A DNA stretch of 64,000 nucleotides from the human T2T-CHM13v2.0 reference genome, Homo sapiens. A model generated the notes under the pieces. It had not been told where the DNA came from and ran no database searches. It saw only the letters and a list, made by a program, of their open reading frames with translations. The DNA lies in assembly GCF_009914755.1 (NCBI RefSeq), contig NC_060926.1. One strand, 5' to 3'. Shown one piece after another: positions 56,880 to 64,000 of this stretch; position 1 is the first letter of the stretch; each line of letters begins with the position of its first letter. The translations under genes and the position numbers were made by a program.

Positions 56880-59244
56880 TTAGGTCCTTCTCACATTCAA
56901 AATACATTCATTTTATCCCGATAGCCCCAAAAGTCTTAGCTTGTTCCAGCATCAATGTCAGGGTCCAAAATCTCATCTAAATGTCATCTAAATCAGATAT
57001 GGGTGAGACTGAGGGTGCAATTGATCCTGAGGGAAAATTCCTCTTCAGCCATGAACCTGTGAAACAAGACAAGTTATGTGCTTCCAAAATACAATAGTAG
57101 GGCAGGCAGAAGATAGACATTCCCATTCCCAAAGGGAAGAAAAGAAAAGAAGGAAGGGTGACAGGTCCCAGGCAAGTCCAAAACCTAGCAAGGCAAGTAT
57201 CATTAGATCTTAAGGCTCAAGAATCATCTTATTCAGCTGGATTCTCTGCCCTCCAGACCTCCTGGGACAGCAGTCCTGCCTCTGCAGCTCTGCCATTTGG
57301 GGATCATGCCTCCCAGACTCTACAGGGTGGCGCCAAGGCTTTGGTCAGAGGCCACCTGGCCTATTCAAACTGAACTGGTGGTGTCCCTGTGATCTCTGAA
57401 TCACCTTCAGGTTCTGTCTTCCCCTTCCTTGAAGAAGAGTGCACATGCGTAGCCAAATCACTCTATGGTCTGGTCCAGTCAGATCTAAGAATTCTGACAG
57501 CCTTCCATCACTTCATCTATTTTTTTCTGCCCCCTTTAGTTCAAATTAGCAGCGTCTCTGCTGGTATAATTCCATCTCTATTCCTGGCTTCCACTGAGAT
57601 GGCTGAAGAAGTCCATGAGTCACACCCGTGATTTCTTTATCAAATGGCTGTACAGCCACACCTGTAGTGTTTCCTTCAGAACAAGATTTCTCACTTTTTG
57701 AAATACAGAGAGACTGAGAACTTCTCAGATATTCAAGTTCTGGTTCTTTTTTGTTTAAGAGTTTCTTCTTCAATTCCTCTCTCTTCTTTTGCATTTTACT
57801 ATAAGCAGTCAGGAGGAACCAAGCTGCTCCTTCAGCTCTATGCTTAGAAATCTCCTTGGCTAGATATCCAACTCCATCACTCACAAGCTCCGTCTTCTAC
57901 AAAACACTAGAACACAGTTCAGCCAAGCTCTGTGCCACGTTATAACCAGAATCACTATTCTTCCAATTTGCAATAACATGTTCCTCATTTCCAACTGAGA
58001 CATCACCAGAATCACCCTAAATGTCCATATTTCTAGCACATACCTCAAAACTCTTCCAGCCTCTACCCATTACCCAGTTCCAAAGACACTTTCACATATC
58101 TATGTATTTGTTATAGTCAGGTAGAGTAGAGATTCCCCTTCTTTTTAGGGACCTGTGTACCCCCCAAGCATGAAATAAAGAAAAATCCCAAGGTCCCTTA
58201 AAAAAATTTCCAGGCATCTGGCTAGTCCCAGAGGTAATTAAGTCCTTGTTTAAAAAAGGTAATAATAGCCTAAGAACAATAGTCAAGGAAGTTAAAGCTC
58301 CAGAAATGTTTGCTTTCCCTATAGAAAGTAAAGATAAAATCTTAACATATGTCCCTAACCTGTCTCTCAGAGGCTGGGACGCCTGCTGAGGACCCCCTCC
58401 CCACCTACTAAAGATCCACTGGCACACAGACCCCAGATGAGAGAGAAACTAAGATGAAAGTTTAACTATTGTCTTTGTTCCAAGTTTCTTCCTGAGGGGC
58501 TGTGAGAAACTCACTCCCCCTAGCAAGTTAACATTTTTCTACTGACCCCCTAAATTTTAAACAAAGCTTCTCTTCCTTACCAATTGCAAATCAGAAGATA
58601 TTTAAGTCCACCCATGATCTGTGAGCCCCCATTCAAGATGTCTCATCCTTTCAAGCTTAAACCAATGTGTAACCTCTGTGTATTGATTTAGGATTTTGCC
58701 TGTAGCTTCTGCTTTCCTGCAACTTACCCCTGCCTGTGAGACATGGGGGAGGCCAGATATTGAGCATTTAGCTGCCTGGTCCTCCTTGCTTGGTGCTCTG
58801 CAGTAAACACCTTCCTTTCTACCACTGCAGAAACCCTGGTATGGGTATTTGGTGTTATTGTGCACAGAGAGTGGCCCCCAGTTTGGTTCTGTAACAATAG
58901 TTAGCACCTCACTTCTTAGTCCTGAAATCTGTATTCATCTGCTCAGCTGCCATCACAAAATTCCACAGACCAGGTGGCTCAAACAACAGAAACGTATTTC
59001 TTACAGTTTTGGAGGTGTGAGATCAGTGCCACCATGGTGAGACCCTGGTGAGCACTCTTCTTGCCTGCCTTCTCAAAAGCCCTCTGTGACTCTTCTCATA
59101 AGGATGCCAATCCCATCACGAGGGCCCCACCCTCAGGACCTCATCTAAACCTAATCACTTCCCAAAGGCCCCAACTCCTCACACCAAACTGGGAGTCAGG
59201 GCTTCCGCATGTGAATTTTAAGGAGACACAGCTCAGTCCATAGC
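56880..59244 (-). mobile_element. MaLR (MLT1/MST) internal sequence plus LTR (58930-59244), interrupted by a MER39 LTR
   Basis: ORF 57546-57884 (GYLAKEISK..EGAAWFLLTAYSKM) is typical MaLR-internal ORF remnant; MLT1-type LTR follows. Confidence 0.8.
58117..58896 (+). mobile_element. MER39-like ERV1 solo LTR
   Basis: ccccccaagcatgaaataaagaaaaatc...ggccccCAgtttggttctgtaaca; 4-bp TSD atag. Confidence 0.85.
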
Positions 59245-60849
59245 CTCTCCCCTGGTGGCTTGGGAGTATACTGTGGCACCAAGGTGACATCCAGCCCAGG
59301 CCCTGGAGTGAGGAATCTTGGATCCTCAGTGTGGAGAAAAGCTGATGGGGCCAGACTGCATGCCCCTGCTCCACATCCATCCGCCTCCTGCTGCTGCTGT
59401 GCTGGCAGCAACTCAAGGAAGCTTGCATTCCAGGGACACACCTGTGTGAGCTGACTACAAGGAACAAAGCCTTTGTTCAGACTGGAAGATGCTAGGAGCT
59501 GTAGTCTGGAGGAGAAAAGCTGACCCCTGCCTTAAGCTGCCTGCATCTCCCTGCAGCCCCACTAGAGCGTCCCGCTCTCAGCCTCAGCCTCAGCCTGGCC
59601 CGTGTGGACAGCGCCGCCCACTCTGCCCCTGCCCTGGCCACGTGGAGCCCAAGGACACTGCAGGCCTCCAGCCTCCCCGCCAGCCTGGCCCTCCCATATA
59701 TCTGCTGGGTCCCTCATCGGGACCCAACTGGCCGCTTCCCTGACTTCAGGTCCTGGGTCCCTTTCTCTATGTTCTTCGTCTGCCTCCTCCTTCCCAAATG
59801 AGGTGCCCTCACTGCACCTCAGGGGGAAATGGGGCCAGAGCCTGTGGAGCAGGAAGACCCCTCAGGGTGCTCGGGGCCCTGCTGCTGCCTGCTCCATCCC
59901 CAGGATGTCACCTCTGTGGAGAGAAAGATGAGAGAAAAAAGGAGGGATGGGCACGTGGGAGAGGACAAAGGGTCCTGGAAAGGCAGGGATGGAAGGAGGG
60001 GAGCCAAGGATTACGTTCAGAAAGAAAGAAGCCCATCTTGGTAGGGGTTCAGCTTCCAGGGAGAGGCAGAGTGGACACCCCCTCCCACGCTGCACCCCAG
60101 GGCCTGGAGGAGGTGCTGGAGACCTAAAGAGGTCGGTCAGAGAGCCCAGGTCCCAGGACGCACCAGCTCCACAGTGCGAGGGCCACCTGCCCCGACCTGG
60201 GTCTCCTTGGTGGTATGGTTGGTAGACTCTAGCTCGGGGGCAGAAATGCTGTGCCCAGGAGGGACGGGGCCTGAGGCCTCCTTGGCCCCTTTGTCACAGG
60301 AGCTTGGCAGGTACCAGGCATTCATGTGACTAATGCGTGAAGGAATGAGTGAATGAAGACAGAAGATTCACAAGAAACCTGCTGGAGAAGGTAGAGCGCT
60401 GTCCAGATGCCATCATTCCTTTTTTTCATTTCTGCAATTCTGCCTTGCCTTTTGGGTCCCTTCCATTCAGCACTTGGCCCAATGTCACACCTCTACCCAA
60501 GCAGCTTGTCTCCCGAGGTGTTCGGATGCCCTTATGCCCACTCAACCTGCTCCTCCTCAATTCTCTAAGCTGACTGTCAGCAAAACCCAGGGCCCCAGAA
60601 ACCCAGGCCCCTCCTCTACGGAGCACCTCCTGGGTCTCCATGGGTGCTGCATTCACCGAGAAGGATCAGGCAGGAACACAATTTACCCTTTGCAAGTGTT
60701 CCCGTTGGGTTTGCTAGTCACTTTGCAGTATTTCTGCAGGGTGATGATGAGATGCTAGCAGGCTCCCCAGCACTCAACACCACACTCTCAGAAGTACATC
60801 CCCATAGGAAACTGGCCCATGGAGGGGACAAATAATAAACCTGCAAAAA

Positions 60850-61545
<696 letters not shown>

Positions 61546-62489
61546 AAACACCCCTGCCCCAGCGCTTTTGCTCATTCCTTCACTCAAAATTCTGTTGTTT
61601 CACTTTTGTTATACAACCTTTATTCAACAATTGTCAAAAGCCCACCACAGAACATTTTCTAAATTATAAAGGAATACATTAAATCAGTCATACTCATGTC
61701 CCAAAGCTGACCACTGGCCATTCTGGGTGTTTCCTTCCAGTCTTTCCTCTTGTCTGTAAGCAGTCTTTTGCTTGCAGTGATACCACCATGTCTTTGTATT
61801 GGTCTTTTCCCACTTCACATCAAGGCACGAGCATTTTCCCTCCAGTTAAAGACCACTCTGTCCCATGAGTGGTCACACACCGTCATCAAGCCCGACCCTT
61901 AGCCCCCTCTCTGCAACCACTGATAGTCTCAGATGTGCAGCATTCTAAACAGTGCCAGGTGCTTCTGCTGTGGCTTTGTTTGGCTTTCTTACTGCTTCTT
62001 AGAACCGATTCCTAAAATCAGAATTACAACATCAAAACTATATAGATGTGAACCAAGTCAGAAAAGCACTTTCCAGCAAGATTGTCCCAGTGACCACCCT
62101 AATCACCATGTGTCTCCTTTCACACTTGCCAGAATGGCAGAATGGCTTTCATTAAATTCTAACTGGTGTGACTGCTCCCCATGATTATATCGTTTCTATT
62201 TTTCATGCCTGGGGCAGCTGGGAAATGGATAACTCAGACCACAGTGGTTTGCACTCTCTTCTGTGGGCGTTTTCTCAATGCCTTGTGCATGCTAGTTTGT
62301 GGGCACCTAAAATTTCAGAGGAAAATGAAAACAGACCCTGATATCAGGGAGCTTTCAAAGCACTTGAAAAGACAAAACTAGACACAAAGAGCAGATATAC
62401 CACACCCTGGCCCGCCGCCGCCATCTGCCATCACGCCCTTCCTGGCACAAGCATGACAAAAACTCCTCTGCAGAGCCATGCCACATTGA

Positions 62490-63078
62490 AAACAGCCGAC
62501 CCTCCCTCAGCACCCTCACCACAAACACAGCCGTCCCTCCCTCACTACCCTCACCCCAAACAGCCCACCCTCCCTGACCCTGACCCCAAACACAGCCAAC
62601 CCTCCCTCACCACCCTCACCCCAACACAGCCGACCCTCCCTCAGCACCCTCACCCCAAGCACAGCCGACCCTCCCTCAGCACCCTCACCCCAAGCACAGC
62701 CGACCCTCCCTCAGCACCCTCACCCCAAGCACAGCCGACCCTCCCTCAGCACCCTCACCCCAAACACAGCCGACCCTCCCTCAGCACCCTCATCCCAAAC
62801 ACAGCCGACCCTCCCCTGGGCATCCTGACCCCAAACACAGCTGACCCTCCCCTGGGCACCCTGACCCCAAACAGAGCCAACCCTCCTCTGAGACCCTTAC
62901 CCCTGGCAGGATTGACCCCTCCTCTGAGCCCCCTGACCCCGGGAAGGCCTAGCCCCTCCTGTAAGCCCCTGAACCAGGACAGGGCTGACCCTTCCTCTGA
63001 GCTCCCTAAACCAGGACAGGACTAACCTCTCCTCTGAGCCCCCTAACCCCTGGCAGGGCTGACCCCTCCTCTGAGCCT
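62490..63078 (+). repeat. Composite C-rich minisatellite (~35-36-bp units)
   Basis: Units cacagccgaccctccctcagcaccctcaccccaa(g/a) (62490-62880) grading into ccctcctctgagcccc..accc..ggcagggctga (62880-63078). Confidence 0.93.
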
Positions 63079-63289
63079 TGCTGGAATCCTGTGCCAAGAG
63101 GGGCTTGAGTGTGCCAATGAGCCATCCCAGGGCAGTCAGCATTTTACTGTTCTCAGTTCTGAGTATGGTGCATGGGAAAGAACAGGACCTCTGCAAATGA
63201 TTTTAAAGAATGAATAAAACTGAGTACATATCCAAAGGTGGCACAGACTATCAAATATTGAAACTGTGGAAGGAGAGATTGGTGGGGAC

Positions 63290-63430
63290 CAGAGCAGCTG
63301 GGTTTAGGAGCTTTGGTGCCAGACAGAGCTGGGCTTGATATCACCTGTGCCATTTGCAAGCTGTGTGATGTGGCTGAGTTCCCAACCGCCTGAGCCTCCA
63401 TATCCTCATCCATAAAGTACAGGGCTCACA
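63290..63430 (+). mobile_element. MIR fragment
   Basis: gctttggtgccagacagagctgggcttga...gctgtgtgat...tgagcctccatatcctcatccataaa. Confidence 0.7.
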
Positions 63431-64000
63431 AGACAATGACCTCATGCACTGCTGTGCCCACCACAGCATCCAGTGATCGGCCATGGCATGGGGGCCTGTC
63501 TGGGGAGGACAGGGCACACAGAGGAAGGAAGGATGGGTCTCAGGTGGGCTGACACCTGGGAAAAGGGTGGACAATCTGGGGAACAGGTCAGGAGAAGTAT
63601 AGCTGGACCTCTTTCCCTGGGTTACCAACTTCAAATTCCCAGCATGATCATTGCCCTGCCCTGCACCCCCACCCCACAGCCACACATACTCTCTGACTTC
63701 AGAATGCCCTATGACTGGTGCAAGTAACTTTTTATAATTTAACTGCAAATGTCTTCATTAAAAAAAAAAAGCTATTGCATTTGTGTAAGCCAAACTCTAG
63801 AGGTACACCTTTGTTTGCACCCCAACAAGGTTAGCATAGGGGGAGCACTGAGTTGGGAAGATAGGGTCATTTTCCTCGCCCTACTTATTGGAAAACCACA
63901 TGAATGGAACCTCCAGGACACTTGACAGCTTTGCCCAGTTGGCCTCAAGCTCCAGGACTGAAGGGCTGGAGTCAGCTATAGTCCTGTCCCCATCAGCACA

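Noticed and set aside
62490-62880. 35-36-bp repeats as a CRISPR-like array
   Set aside because: Units are head-to-tail with no unique spacers, in a primate genome with no cas genes; it is a minisatellite.

Overview
This is hominid (human-like) genomic DNA, as shown by an SVA element, about 25 Alus, L1s, ERV/MaLR LTRs, MIR/L2 and DNA-transposon fossils. No intact protein-coding gene can be supported; the supplied ORFs are almost all Alu-, L1-, SVA- or VNTR-derived. Bases 1-24.8 kb are an AT-rich pile of nested L1s. Bases 25-64 kb are more GC-rich and contain a CpG-island promoter (~45.1-46.3 kb) with no obvious coding partner. The most striking structure is at 37764-39761: an ~800-bp TA-flanked Tc/mariner-type (Kanga/Tc2-like) DNA transposon with ~140-bp terminal inverted repeats. 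Its left TIR is split by a MER4D LTR and an Alu, and its interior carries a decayed, apparently intron-less fragment of the host gene ECRG4/augurin, i.e. a Pack-TIR-like gene capture. Other notable items are an SVA with a 3' transduction inserted in an Alu linker, a fossil ERV pol (RT with YMDD, tether, RNase H) on the minus strand, and four short direct local duplications between 32 and 51 kb. Repeat family names and the ECRG4 match come from recalled sequences, not database searches.
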